Source: Mycolicibacterium smegmatis (GTDB lineage: Bacteria; Actinomycetota; Actinomycetes; Mycobacteriales; Mycobacteriaceae). From it: a DNA stretch of 32,000 nt. Below the pieces are notes generated by a model, which saw only the letters and a program-made list of their open reading frames with translations, was not told where the DNA came from and made no database searches. Below, in pieces: positions 1 through 9,981 of this stretch (the stretch's first letter is position 1; the number at the start of each line of letters is the position of its first letter). The stretch lies in assembly GCF_001457595.1 (NCBI RefSeq), contig NZ_LN831039.1, positions 3,630,001 to 3,662,000 of the forward strand, written 5' to 3'. Position numbers and translations under genes: made by a program.

Positions 1-68
1 CGGGCTCGGGCGGGCACCGTTAGGCTTTGCGGTCACCAGCGGTCTGACGGAGGGCTTGCACGGAGGTC

Positions 69-320
69 ATGTCGGTTTTCTGGCGGTATGTCCGCATCCA
101 GCTGATGGTGTTCGTGGTCGGCATCGTCGGACCCATCTTTCTGCTCGTTTACTTTGCTGCGCAACCAGATCCGACGATCAAGTGGATGTACTACACCGGC
201 CTGCTGCTGACCGCCGGTGAGATACTGATCGCGCTGAATGTCACCGAGGCCATCAGCCGCCACCACCCGAGCACAGACGCCACGAAAGGTGACACGCATG
301 AACTCCCGCTCCGCGATTGA
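69..320 (+). CDS. small integral membrane protein (2 predicted TM helices), family not recognised
   Basis: ATG 69 is preceded by GGAGG at 62-66. The 83-aa product has two hydrophobic helices (LMVFVVGIVGPIFLLVYF, YYTGLLLTAGEILIAL). Its 3' end overlaps the amidase start by 23 nt, which suggests an operon. Confidence 0.5.
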   Translation: MSVFWRYVRIQLMVFVVGIVGPIFLLVYFAAQPDPTIKWMYYTGLLLTAGEILIALNVTEAISRHHPSTDATKGDTHELPLRD

Positions 321-1770
321 GCTCGCCGACGTCGACGCGATCGGCCAGGCCGAGTTGCTCGCGGCAGGCGACCTCACCGCTGCCGAACTGCTCGAGGCGG
401 CGATTGTGCGAGTTGAGGCGACACGCCACCTCAACGCGGTGATCACGGATCTGTTCGAGCGCGGCCGCGCCCAGGCGGGCGCCCTCGACGCGTCGGGTGT
501 GCTGCGCAAAGGTGAGGCCGGCCCGCTCGCGGGTGTGCCGTTCCTGCTCAAGGACCTCGGCGCCGCACTGGCCGGCGCACCGGAGGCCATGGGGTCGGTC
601 GCCTTACGCGACCATGTGGCAACCGATTCGGCGTGGACGGTACAGCGGTACCTCGACGCCGGGCTTGTCGTGTTCGGCAAGACCAACACCCCGGAGTGGG
701 GTAACCACTGCACGACCGAGCCGGTGTTGTTCGGTCCCACGGTGAATCCCTGGGGTTCGGATGTCACGCCCGGTGGCTCCAGCGGCGGGTCGGCGGCGGC
801 CGTGGCGGCAGGTGTGGTGCCCGCCGCGTCCGGCGGGGACGGGACGGGGTCGATCCGGGTGCCCGCATCGTGTTGCGGCCTCGTGGGACTCAAGCCGCGG
901 CGCGGCCGGTCGTCGTTCGCACCCGACGGCGGGCACGGTCTTGAGGGGCTGGTGAACAGCCACGCACTGACCCGCACCGTGCGTGACTGCGCCGCCCTGC
1001 TCGACGTCATCGCGGGCAGCGTCAGCGGTGATCCCTACGCCGCGCCCGCCGCGGAAACCCCGTTCCTGCAGTCACTCACACCCCCGCCGCCCCTTCGTGT
1101 GTTGATGTCGACCGGGTCGCCCTTCCCGAACGACGGAGTCGATCCGCAGGTCGTCGCCGCGGTGGAGGCGACCGGCCGGATCCTGGAGTCGCTGGGGCAC
1201 CACGTGACGCCGGGTCCCGGACCGGTCATCGACCCGGACGCCGTCGCCGACGCGATCGCGGTGCTGCACAACGTCAGCAACGCCCAACTGCACGCGTTCG
1301 CCGCATCGCACCTCGGCCGCGAACCACGTGAGGACGAGTTCGAGCCGAGCACCTGGGTGATGATCCGCGAAGGGTTCACGACCACGGGTGTGGCGTACGC
1401 CGAGGCCATATCCACCGTGCACGCCCAGACCCGCCGGTTCGCCGCGGGCATGTCCGGTCACGACGTGTTGCTGGTGCCCACGCTGCTCACCACGACGCCG
1501 CCGTATGCGTTGCTGAACCAGCCCCGCGGTACCACGCGCGCGTTCTTCGATGTCGAGTTCGCCACCACGGGGTGGACGTCGCTCGCGAATGTCACGGGCT
1601 GGGCGGCGATTTCGCTGCCGCTCGGGGTGAGCGGCGACGGGCTGCCGGTCGGGGTGCAGCTCATGGCGCCCGACGAGGCGGTGCTGCTGGGCCTGGCGGC
1701 CGCGATCGAGGAGGCCGCACCGTGGGCCGACCGCAAGCCGGCCGGATGGGTGAGGACCGACGGGGCGTAA
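298..1770 (+). CDS. amidase (amidase-signature family)
   Basis: Contains the Gly/Ser-rich signature GGSSGGSAAAVAAG and the FGKTNTPEWG block. I placed the start at ATG 298 (MNSRSAIEL) rather than track start 238, because the upstream residues are Arg/Pro/Thr-rich and overlap the membrane ORF. Stop TAA at 1768-1770. Confidence 0.9.
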   Translation: MNSRSAIELADVDAIGQAELLAAGDLTAAELLEAAIVRVEATRHLNAVITDLFERGRAQAGALDASGVLRKGEAGPLAGVPFLLKDLGAALAGAPEAMGSVALRDHVATDSAWTVQRYLDAGLVVFGKTNTPEWGNHCTTEPVLFGPTVNPWGSDVTPGGSSGGSAAAVAAGVVPAASGGDGTGSIRVPASCCGLVGLKPRRGRSSFAPDGGHGLEGLVNSHALTRTVRDCAALLDVIAGSVSGDPYAAPAAETPFLQSLTPPPPLRVLMSTGSPFPNDGVDPQVVAAVEATGRILESLGHHVTPGPGPVIDPDAVADAIAVLHNVSNAQLHAFAASHLGREPREDEFEPSTWVMIREGFTTTGVAYAEAISTVHAQTRRFAAGMSGHDVLLVPTLLTTTPPYALLNQPRGTTRAFFDVEFATTGWTSLANVTGWAAISLPLGVSGDGLPVGVQLMAPDEAVLLGLAAAIEEAAPWADRKPAGWVRTDGA

Positions 1771-1792
1771 CACCTGACCGTAGGGTCGAGAC

Positions 1793-3190
1793 ATGTCGCG
1801 CCGCACTGCAGGACTGGATGTCGCCGTCTCCCACGCCAAGGCGTTTCTCGCTCAACTCGACGACCGGCCGGTCGCGGCGCGTGGCGACGCCTCGGCCGTA
1901 CGGCAGCTGCTCGGCGCACCCCTGCCCGAAACCGGTGAGGATCCGGCAGCGGTGATCGAGGGGCTGGCCGTCGGTGCCGAACCGGGGCTGGTGGCCGGCG
2001 CGGGCCCGCGGCACTTCGGGTTCGTGATCGGTGGATCGCTTCCCGCCGCGCTGGGCGCGGATTGGCTGGTCTCGGCGTGGGATCAGTGCGCGGCGTTCCA
2101 CGCGCTGTCCCCCGCCGCGACCGCGATCGAGGAGATCACCGCCGGATGGGTGCTCGACCTTCTCGGCCTGCCCGCCGAATGCGGCGTCGGGTTCGTCACC
2201 GGCGCGCAGGCCGCGAACACGACCGGTCTGGCCGCCGCGCGCCACGCCGTGCTGGCCCGCGCGGGCTGGGACGTCAGCCGCGACGGACTCATCGGCGCGC
2301 CGCGGATCCGGGTCGTGTGCGGTGGGCAGGCGCACACGACCGTGTACGCGGCACTGCGGCTGCTCGGACTCGGTGAAGCCTCTGCGGCCCGGGTCGCGGT
2401 CGACGATCAGGGCCGTATGCGGCCCGAGGCCCTGGCCGAGACCCTGGCCGCGGGCACCGGTCCCGCCATCGTGTGTGCCCAGGCCGGCAACGTCGCCACG
2501 GGTGCGTTCGACGACCTGGACGTTATCGCCGACATCTGTTCCGACCACGACGCGTGGTTGCACGTCGACGGCGCGTTCGGGTTGTGGGCGGCCGCCGCGC
2601 CGTCGACCCGGCACCTCACCGCGGGCGTGGCGCGGGCCGACTCGTGGGCGGTGGACGCGCACAAGTGGCTCAACGTGCCGTACGACTGCGCGATGGCGAT
2701 CGTGCGCGATGCCGACGCGCATGTCGCGGCGATGAGCCTGGCCGGCCCGTATCTCGTCGTCGACCCGGGACAACGCGACAACACGAACTTCGTGCCGGAG
2801 AGTTCGCGGCGCGCCCGGGCGGTCCCGGTGTACGCCGCGCTGCGCTCGCTGGGCCGCGCCGGATTGGCCGATCTGATCGAACGCAATTGCGCGCAGGCGC
2901 GAAGGGTGGCCCGGCTGCTCGCCGAGATCCCGGGTGCGCAGATCCTCAACGACGTCGTGCTCAACCAGGTCCTGGTGCGGTTGCCCGGCGGCGACGAGGC
3001 GACCCGGCGGGCCGTCGCCGCGATCCAGGCCGACGGCACGTGCTGGCTGGGCGGCACGACGTGGAACGACGAGTTCGTGCTGCGCCTGTCGTTCACCAAC
3101 TGGGCCACCAGCGACGACGATGTCGACCGTTCTGCGGCCGCGATCACCGACGCTGTGGCATCGTCTCGGACGTCACAACAGCCCGGCTGA
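1793..3190 (+). CDS. pyridoxal-phosphate-dependent decarboxylase (group II, aspartate-aminotransferase fold)
   Basis: 465-aa ORF with the PLP-lysine motif SWAVDAHKWLNVPYDCA typical of group II amino-acid decarboxylases. It starts 22 nt after the amidase stop. Confidence 0.85.
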   Translation: MSRRTAGLDVAVSHAKAFLAQLDDRPVAARGDASAVRQLLGAPLPETGEDPAAVIEGLAVGAEPGLVAGAGPRHFGFVIGGSLPAALGADWLVSAWDQCAAFHALSPAATAIEEITAGWVLDLLGLPAECGVGFVTGAQAANTTGLAAARHAVLARAGWDVSRDGLIGAPRIRVVCGGQAHTTVYAALRLLGLGEASAARVAVDDQGRMRPEALAETLAAGTGPAIVCAQAGNVATGAFDDLDVIADICSDHDAWLHVDGAFGLWAAAAPSTRHLTAGVARADSWAVDAHKWLNVPYDCAMAIVRDADAHVAAMSLAGPYLVVDPGQRDNTNFVPESSRRARAVPVYAALRSLGRAGLADLIERNCAQARRVARLLAEIPGAQILNDVVLNQVLVRLPGGDEATRRAVAAIQADGTCWLGGTTWNDEFVLRLSFTNWATSDDDVDRSAAAITDAVASSRTSQQPG

Positions 3191-3312
3191 TGAGGTGGGG
3201 GTCGGCGCGCCGGACCCCGCCGAATATCCTCTGAGGCGAACGGGCCGCGCCGGCACCACCCGGCAGGCCGCAAACACGATGACAGCAGCGTCTTCAAAGG
3301 AGTGGACACCCC

Positions 3313-4206
3313 ATGGTGAACCAGCAGCAGGCCGACAAGATGACTTCGGGGCAGGGCTTCATCGCCGCGCTCGACCAGAGCGGTGGGTCGACCCCCAAGG
3401 CGCTGCGTCTGTACGGCGTCGAGGAGAGCGCCTACTCCAACGAAGACGAGATGTTCGACCTGATCCACCAGATGCGCTCGCGCATCATCACCTCGCCTTC
3501 CTTCGGTGGCGACCGTGTGCTGGCGGCGATCCTGTTCGAGCAGACCATGGACCGCACCATCGAGGGCAAGCCGTCGGCGACCTACCTCTGGGAGGACAAG
3601 GGCGTCGTGCCGCTGCTCAAGATCGACAAGGGTCTGGCCGAGGAGGCCGACGGCGTCCAGTTGATGAAGCCTATGCCCACCCTCGACGACCTGCTCGCAC
3701 GCGGTGTGAAGAACGGCATCTTCGGCACCAAGGAGCGTTCGGTGATCGGTGCGGCCAACCCGACCGGTGTGGCCGCCGTCGTGGCCCAGCAGTTCGAGGT
3801 CGCCAAGCAGGTGCTCTCGCACGGGCTCGTCCCGATCATCGAGCCCGAGGTGACCATCTCGATCGCGGACAAGGCCGAGGCCGAGGATCTGCTCAAGGCC
3901 GAGATCACCAAGAACCTCGACAGCCTGGCCGACGATCAGAAGGTCATGCTGAAGCTGTCGCTGCCGACCGTGGCCAACCACTACAAGTCGCTGGTCGACC
4001 ACCCGAAGGTCATGCGCGTCGTCGCGCTGTCCGGTGGTTACAGCCGTGACGAGGCCAACAAGCTGCTGGCGCAGAACACCGGCGTCATCGCGAGCTTCAG
4101 CCGGGCACTGACCGAAGGCCTGTCCGCCCAGCAGAGTGACGAGGAGTTCAACTCCACGCTCGCCGCGTCGATCCAGTCGATCTACGACGCCTCGGTCGCG
4201 GGCTGA
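3313..4206 (+). CDS. fructose-bisphosphate aldolase, class I (Schiff-base type, Gram-positive Fda-like)
   Basis: The N-terminus [28 protein letters not shown] and a length of about 297 aa match the staphylococcal-type class I aldolase family. RBS AAAGGAG lies about 10 nt upstream of the ATG. Confidence 0.9.
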   Translation: MVNQQQADKMTSGQGFIAALDQSGGSTPKALRLYGVEESAYSNEDEMFDLIHQMRSRIITSPSFGGDRVLAAILFEQTMDRTIEGKPSATYLWEDKGVVPLLKIDKGLAEEADGVQLMKPMPTLDDLLARGVKNGIFGTKERSVIGAANPTGVAAVVAQQFEVAKQVLSHGLVPIIEPEVTISIADKAEAEDLLKAEITKNLDSLADDQKVMLKLSLPTVANHYKSLVDHPKVMRVVALSGGYSRDEANKLLAQNTGVIASFSRALTEGLSAQQSDEEFNSTLAASIQSIYDASVAG

Positions 4207-4236
4207 CGAGCCGGCCAGGGAACAGGCGAGGGACGC

Positions 4237-5160
4237 GTGGCCATGGTCATCCCGATCGACCGCCCCAAGCTGGAAGGCAACGTCGCCGTCGACGATGACC
4301 GCAGGCTCGGGTTCGCCGAATTCGGTGACCCGCAGGGGCGCGCCATCTTCTGGTTGCACGGCACGCCCGGCGCCCGCCGCCAGATTCCCACCGAGGCCAG
4401 GGCGTACGCCGAGCAGAACGGTGTGAGGCTGATCGGCGTGGACCGGCCCGGTATCGGGTCGTCCACGCCGCACCAGTACGAGTGCGTCCTGGACTTCGCG
4501 TCCGACCTGCGGACCATCGCCGACACCCTCGGCATCGACAAGTTGGCGGTCATCGGGCTCTCCGGTGGTGGCCCTTACACGCTGGCGTGCGCGGCGGCGA
4601 TGCCCGATCGCGTCGTCGCGGCCGGTGTGCTGGGCGGCGTCGCCCCCATGGTTGGTCCCGACGCAATCAGCAGCCCTCTGATGCAACTGGGCGCCGTGGT
4701 GGCACCGGTATTGCAGGTCGCGGGCGGCCCGATCCGGCTGGTCGCCTCGGGGATGATCCGGTTGATCCGTCCGGTCGCGTCACCGGCCCTGGAGATCTAC
4801 GCCCGACTGTCCCCCGAGGGCGACCGCCGGATGCTGGGCCGGCCCGAGTTCAAGGCCATGTTCCTCGACGACCTGCTCAACGGCAGCCGCAAACAACTGG
4901 CCGCGCCGTTCTACGACATCGTGGTGTTCGAGCGGGACTGGGGATTCCGCCTCGACGAGGTCACGGTCCCCGTGCGGTGGTGGCACGGCGATCACGACCA
5001 CATCGTGCCGTTCGCGCACGGTCAGCACGTGGTGTCCCGGCTGCAAGACGCGAAACTCACCGAACTGCCGTACGAGAGTCACCTGGGCGGCTTGGGCTGC
5101 GCGCAGGAGATCATGGGGACGATGCTCCAGATCTGGGACGAGACGTCCGCGTTGACGTAG
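4237..5160 (+). CDS. alpha/beta-fold hydrolase
   Basis: Nucleophile elbow GLSGGG, oxyanion-type HGTPG motif and a C-terminal His (GDHDHIVP). The start is GTG 4237 or ATG 4243. Confidence 0.85.
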   Translation: MAMVIPIDRPKLEGNVAVDDDRRLGFAEFGDPQGRAIFWLHGTPGARRQIPTEARAYAEQNGVRLIGVDRPGIGSSTPHQYECVLDFASDLRTIADTLGIDKLAVIGLSGGGPYTLACAAAMPDRVVAAGVLGGVAPMVGPDAISSPLMQLGAVVAPVLQVAGGPIRLVASGMIRLIRPVASPALEIYARLSPEGDRRMLGRPEFKAMFLDDLLNGSRKQLAAPFYDIVVFERDWGFRLDEVTVPVRWWHGDHDHIVPFAHGQHVVSRLQDAKLTELPYESHLGGLGCAQEIMGTMLQIWDETSALT

Positions 5161-5231
5161 GCCGCACTCCAGCGCATCGGCGACCCGGCGGACCTTGACC
5201 TCAACCATTGTTGAGGGTGGAGGCTGCGGTC

Positions 5232-5885
5232 ATGACGAACACCATGACGCAGATCCGCTCCGATCTCTGGCAGACCCGTACCGATTCCCCGTTCCCCGGA
5301 CTGACCACGCATTCCTATCTGTGGAAACCTAACGGGCACAGTAGCTCTCCGGGCGTACTGTTCTACAGTCCCGCCACCGACGCCGACTTCGCCGCGATCG
5401 ACGCTCTCGGCGGCGTCGGCCATCAGTATCTGTCGCATCAGGACGAGGCCGGGCCCATGCTCGCGCGGATCGCCGAGCACTACGGGGCCCGCCTGCACGC
5501 GCCCGCGGCCGAACTCGCCAACATCGCCAGGCACGCAAAAGTGCACGTTCCGCTCGACCGGCGCCACCGCGACGACAATGGTGTCGAGGTGATCCCGACG
5601 CCGGGCCACAGCCCGGGCAGCACAAGCTATCTCGTCGACGGTGCCGACGGGCGTTACCTGTTCACCGGTGACACCGTGTTCGTCGACCACGCGGGGCGGT
5701 GGTCGACGTTCGTGATCCCCGGGATCGGCGACCCTGCCGATATGGCCGAGAGCCTGCGATTGCTGGCGACCCTGGAACCCGACGTGGTGATCTCCAGCGC
5801 GTTCGGCGGCGCGGCGGTCAGCACGATCGACGACCGCCCGTGGGCGCGTTGCGTCGACGAGGCGATGGGCAGCCTCGCCGCCTGA
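5232..5885 (+). CDS. MBL-fold (metallo-beta-lactamase-like) hydrolase with atypical metal motif
   Basis: Contains TPGHSPGS and FTGDTVF blocks typical of the MBL fold. SHQDE sits where HxHxDH is expected. GGAGG at 5218-5222 favours ATG 5232 over the TTG at 5208. Confidence 0.7.
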   Translation: MTNTMTQIRSDLWQTRTDSPFPGLTTHSYLWKPNGHSSSPGVLFYSPATDADFAAIDALGGVGHQYLSHQDEAGPMLARIAEHYGARLHAPAAELANIARHAKVHVPLDRRHRDDNGVEVIPTPGHSPGSTSYLVDGADGRYLFTGDTVFVDHAGRWSTFVIPGIGDPADMAESLRLLATLEPDVVISSAFGGAAVSTIDDRPWARCVDEAMGSLAA

Positions 5886-5994
5886 CTCGGCGATCGGCCG
5901 CCGAATACAGGTATTCCCCTACTCTAGGGACCGGGCCGCATCCGGCCGATACTTCGCAGAAGGGCCCACCCGGGCCTTCGAACGGAGGTCGGCC

Positions 5995-7377
5995 ATGGCC
6001 GGACAGGCAGTCGTTCTGGGTGCCAGCATGAGCGGTCTGTTGGCCGCGCGGGTGCTCGCGGACCACTTCGACACCGTCGCCGTGGTGGAACGTGACGTGC
6101 TGCCCGACGGCACCGACCAGCGACGCGGGGTCCCGCAGGGCCGGCATGTCCACGGCCTGCTCTGTGCGGGCGCGTCGGCACTCGACGCGTTGTTCCCGGG
6201 CTTCCTCGACGAACTGGCCGCCGACGGGGCGACCAGGCTCGACGAGCGCGGCGCCCACCGGCTGTCGATGATGTTCGGCGGTCATCCCCTGCACTTCCCC
6301 ATGAGCTTCACCCGCCCGCTGGTGTCGTACCTGTGCAGTCGCCCATTCCTGGAAACACATGTGCGCCAACGAGTTCGCTCGACCGGCAACATCCAGATCC
6401 TCGACGGCCACGACGTCGCCGACATGACGATGTCCGGCGACGGCCGACGCGTCTCCGGCGTGCGGATCGCCGACCGGGCCGGCGGTGCCGAACAGACGCT
6501 GGACGCCGACCTGGTGGTGGACGCCACGGGGCGGTCCGCGCGGACCCCGGCCTTCCTCGAACGCCACGGTTATCCACGTCCGGTCGAGGAGCGGATCGCG
6601 ATCCAGGTCGCGTACTCGAGCCAACTGCTACGAATCCCCCGCGATGCCGTCGAGCAGAGATTGTTCTTGATCGCACCGGCACCCGAGCTGGCCGCCGCCG
6701 CGGCGCTGTTCGCCTACGAGAACGACACCTGGATGTTCACCGCGGTGGGTCTGACGGGAAACGACCCGCCGACCGATCCCGACGGCATGCGGGCGTTCGT
6801 CGCGCCGTTCGCACCGCAGGCGTTGCGTGCCGCACTCGACGCCGCGCAGCCACTGAGCCAGGTGTCCGGTTACCGCTATCCCGCCAGCGTACGTAGACGG
6901 TACGACCGGATACGCCGCTTTCCTCTCGGACTGCTGGTGACCGGCGACGCGATCTGCAGCTTCAATCCGGCCTACGGCCAAGGCATGTCGGTGGCGGCGC
7001 TCGAAGCACTCATCCTGCGTGACTGCCTGGAATCCGGAACCCGCGACCTGCACCGGCGTTTCCAGCATTCGGCGGCGAAACTGCTCGACCGGGTGTGGCA
7101 GATGGCCGCGGGTGCCGACCTCACCTTCCCTCAGGTCGAAGGGCCGCGACCGGTGTCCATCCGTCTCAACAACTGGTACACCGACCGCGTACTGACCGCA
7201 GCAGAGAGCGACACGACGGTCAGCGAGGCGTTCTTCCGGGTGATGAACCTCGTCGACCCGCCGACCCGGCTGCTGCGGCCGTCGGTCCTCGCGCGGTCGA
7301 TCGCCGCCCGGTCACACCGTGCCCCTGCGACGGCGACAGGCCAGCTGAGCGCGGCCCCCGGGGGTCACGAGCGACCG
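5995..7377 (+). CDS. FAD-dependent oxidoreductase/monooxygenase; 3' end unresolved (no in-frame stop until 8929-8931)
   Basis: ATG 5995 has GGAGG upstream. Motifs seen are the dinucleotide-binding VVLGASMSGLLAARVL and GDAICSFNPAYGQGM. Recognisable sequence ends near residue 435 (about nt 7300). The end coordinate given is only where the convergent cinA gene begins. The formal ORF runs to 8931. Confidence 0.6.
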
Positions 7378-8661
7378 CTAGTCGCTCTCGCCGCGCAGGG
7401 CGCGCCGCAGCAGGTGCATGGCCACGGTGGTGGACCGTTCCCGGATGTCGGAGCGGTTTCCCGGCAGCAGCAGCGTGCGGGTGATCGACGCACCCTCCGC
7501 GCGCACAGCGAAACACACTGTGCCGACCGGTTTTTCCGTGGAACCTCCGCCTGGTCCCGCGATTCCGGTGATCGCGACCGCGGTGTCGGCCTCGAAGTGG
7601 TGCATGGCGCCGGTGGCCATCGCCTTGGCAACGGGTTCGGAGACCGCACCGTGCTCGGCGATCAGCACCGGGTCGACGTTCAGCATCTCGGCCTTGGGGG
7701 TGTTGGCATAGGCGACGATGCCGCCCATCATGTACTGCGACGCTCCGGGCTGATCGGTCAGGCGGGCGGCCAGGAGCCCTGCCGTGCAGGATTCGGCGGT
7801 CGCGATGTGCCGGCCGACCAGCAGCGCGGCCACCTGCTGGTCGACGGTCGAACCGTCCTCGGAGTACACCGCGTCGCCGTGGCGATCACGCAGAACGTCG
7901 AGCAGTTGCCCGTACGCGTCGGCGGCGGCGGGTTCGTAGCGCGTGACGATCTCCAGTTCGCCGCGCCGCAGGCATGTGGTGATCTCCAGTTGGTCGAACC
8001 CGGCGATCGACTGCTCGGCGTCCCGCAGGGTCTCGGCGAGCCCGGACTCGGCGAGGCCGAACATCCGGATCATCTCCTGGCGGTACACCGTGCGGCCGGC
8101 GATCGCCTGGCGCACGGGTTCGGTGTCGACCGCACGCAACCACATGGGCTGCAACTCGCGTGGCGGACCGGGCAGCACGACGACAGTCGGGCTGCCGGGG
8201 CTCCCCTGCACCACGACGCCCGGAGCGGTGCCGACCGGTTCCAGGATCTCAGCTCCTTGCGGAATCAGCGCCTGCTTGCGGTTGGCGGTGCGCACGGCCT
8301 CGAAGTTCTCCTCGGACAGGTTCCGGCCCGCGGTCAACCGGCGCAGGATCGCAGCGATCCGCTCCTCGAGTGCCGCGTCGAGGACGAGTTCACGGCCACA
8401 GAACTCGGCGACCGTGGCCACCGTGAGGTCGTCGGCCGTGGGTCCGAGCCCGCCACTGGTGATGATCAGGTCGACGCACTCGTCGGCCAGGAACTTGAGC
8501 TGGGCGGCGATGTCGCCGGGGCGGTCGCCGCAGATCGTGATGTGTGCCAACTCAACGCCCAGCTCGAGAAGCTGGTCGGCCAGCCACGGGCCGTTGAGAT
8601 CCTGGATCCGGCCGGTGAGGACCTCGGTTCCGGTGATGACGATGCCTGCACGTGCGCTCAC
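7378..8661 (-). CDS. cinA: CinA-family protein (MoCF-biosynthesis-like N-domain plus PncC-type nicotinamide-nucleotide amidase C-domain)
   Basis: N-terminus [25 protein letters not shown], plus [12 protein letters not shown] and the C-terminal block [17 protein letters not shown] placed the start at GTG 8661, and GTG 8670 is also possible. The track start at 8952 is an unsupported extension overlapping eis. Confidence 0.9.
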   Translation of the reverse strand: MSARAGIVITGTEVLTGRIQDLNGPWLADQLLELGVELAHITICGDRPGDIAAQLKFLADECVDLIITSGGLGPTADDLTVATVAEFCGRELVLDAALEERIAAILRRLTAGRNLSEENFEAVRTANRKQALIPQGAEILEPVGTAPGVVVQGSPGSPTVVVLPGPPRELQPMWLRAVDTEPVRQAIAGRTVYRQEMIRMFGLAESGLAETLRDAEQSIAGFDQLEITTCLRRGELEIVTRYEPAAADAYGQLLDVLRDRHGDAVYSEDGSTVDQQVAALLVGRHIATAESCTAGLLAARLTDQPGASQYMMGGIVAYANTPKAEMLNVDPVLIAEHGAVSEPVAKAMATGAMHHFEADTAVAITGIAGPGGGSTEKPVGTVCFAVRAEGASITRTLLLPGNRSDIRERSTTVAMHLLRRALRGESD

Positions 8662-8719
8662 GACGTGCACACTACGCACCGGGCAGATGCTCGTCGGCCG
8701 GTACAGGCCCGCGAGTCGG

Positions 8720-9928
8720 TCAGAATCCGTATCCCAGCTCTGCGGGCACATCGCCGGCGAAGGCCGCACCGAACTGTTGCAGCAGTTCGGAGTCCTTGCT
8801 GCGCAACCGGTTCGCCGCGGCGAATCCGTCGACGCGGTGTGCACCGAGATAGAGACCGCCGAGCACGTCGAGATCGATCTCGATGTCGGCCGGGGCATCC
8901 GTCGGCGTGCACCGCGCCCGGCCGCCGCTGATCTGCAGTGCGAAACGTCCACCGTCGCTGCGGAACCCGTCGGCGACGTCGAGCACGACGTCCAGATCGG
9001 CTTGGTAGCGGCGCGCTTCCAGTGCGGCGGGGACGTTCATGATGCGGATCCACAGGTCGTCGGCGCTGGCGGTGACCTGCGCCTGCCGTGGGTCGGTGAG
9101 CAGGTACGGCAACGGATCGTGGGGGTGCGTGCCGATGCTCACGCGGTCGATCAGATCGAGCCCCAGCAACGCGCGCCACAGCGCCGCGTGCGCGTCGGCG
9201 GTCACCGCGGTCAACTCGACGACGTGTGCCGATCTCCGGCCGTCCGGACCCCGGTCGACGCGGTAGAGCGCGTAACCGTCCTGGTGGCCGAACGCGAACA
9301 ACTCGCCGCCACCGCGCCGCGACTCCGGCCGGTCGGCCAGCAGGTCGTCCCACAACGCATCGGGGCGCACCAAACCGCCAGGTGTGCGACGGCGCCAGCG
9401 GTCGTAGATGTCGGCGAGGCCGTCGCGGTGATCGGCAGGCACCAGCATCCGGACACCGCCCGGGTCGGGGGCCGCGGGATGGAATTGCGCGAGGCGCCGG
9501 TCGACCGACACGTGCTGCTCGATGGTCGCGACACCGTAGCCGAAGCGGCCGTAGATACCGCCCTCACTCGCGGTCAGCACGGCCAGTGGATAACCGGCGC
9601 GTGCGATGCGGTCGTGCAGTTCGGTGTACATCGCGCGCAGCACGCCCCGTCGGCGGTGTGTGGGTGCGACGGCCACGAAGCTGATACCGGCGACCGGCAG
9701 CACCTCGCCACCGGGAACGGTGAGCTGCATGTCCAGGTACAGCGACTGCCCGACAAAGGCGTCGTCGGTCTCGTCCGGAACCACCACGGTGGCGTCCGCG
9801 GGCACCATCGAGCGCCAGGCGGCCTGTGTCTGTTCGGGTTCGATGTCACCGAACGCGAAACGCGCCAGCAGCGCGATCCGCGTCCAGTCGTCGTCGGTGA
9901 TGGTGTGAAGGGTGCGCGGCGTGATCAC
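8720..9928 (-). CDS. eis: Eis, GNAT-family multi-acetylating aminoglycoside/protein N-acetyltransferase
   Basis: The 402-aa product [27 protein letters not shown]...[15 protein letters not shown]...ELGYGF matches my memory of M. smegmatis Eis, with a GNAT acetyl-CoA motif RRRG. GTG start at 9928. Confidence 0.95.
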   Translation of the reverse strand: MITPRTLHTITDDDWTRIALLARFAFGDIEPEQTQAAWRSMVPADATVVVPDETDDAFVGQSLYLDMQLTVPGGEVLPVAGISFVAVAPTHRRRGVLRAMYTELHDRIARAGYPLAVLTASEGGIYGRFGYGVATIEQHVSVDRRLAQFHPAAPDPGGVRMLVPADHRDGLADIYDRWRRRTPGGLVRPDALWDDLLADRPESRRGGGELFAFGHQDGYALYRVDRGPDGRRSAHVVELTAVTADAHAALWRALLGLDLIDRVSIGTHPHDPLPYLLTDPRQAQVTASADDLWIRIMNVPAALEARRYQADLDVVLDVADGFRSDGGRFALQISGGRARCTPTDAPADIEIDLDVLGGLYLGAHRVDGFAAANRLRSKDSELLQQFGAAFAGDVPAELGYGF

Positions 9929-9981
9929 AGATCTCGAATGTGCCAGAGCGGCGAACGGGAAGCGACCGATTTACCGGAGGC

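Noticed and set aside
2407-4686. A 759-aa minus-strand ORF
   Set aside because: It runs antisense across three well-supported + genes (decarboxylase, class I aldolase, hydrolase). It is Arg/Gly/Asp-rich with no recognisable domain, which is typical of a GC3-driven shadow frame.
8662-8952. A 97-codon N-terminal extension of cinA (track start 8952) overlapping the eis 3' end
   Set aside because: The CinA family N-terminus ([14 protein letters not shown]) begins at GTG 8661. The extension is Ser/Arg/Cys-rich and overlaps the well-supported eis coding frame.
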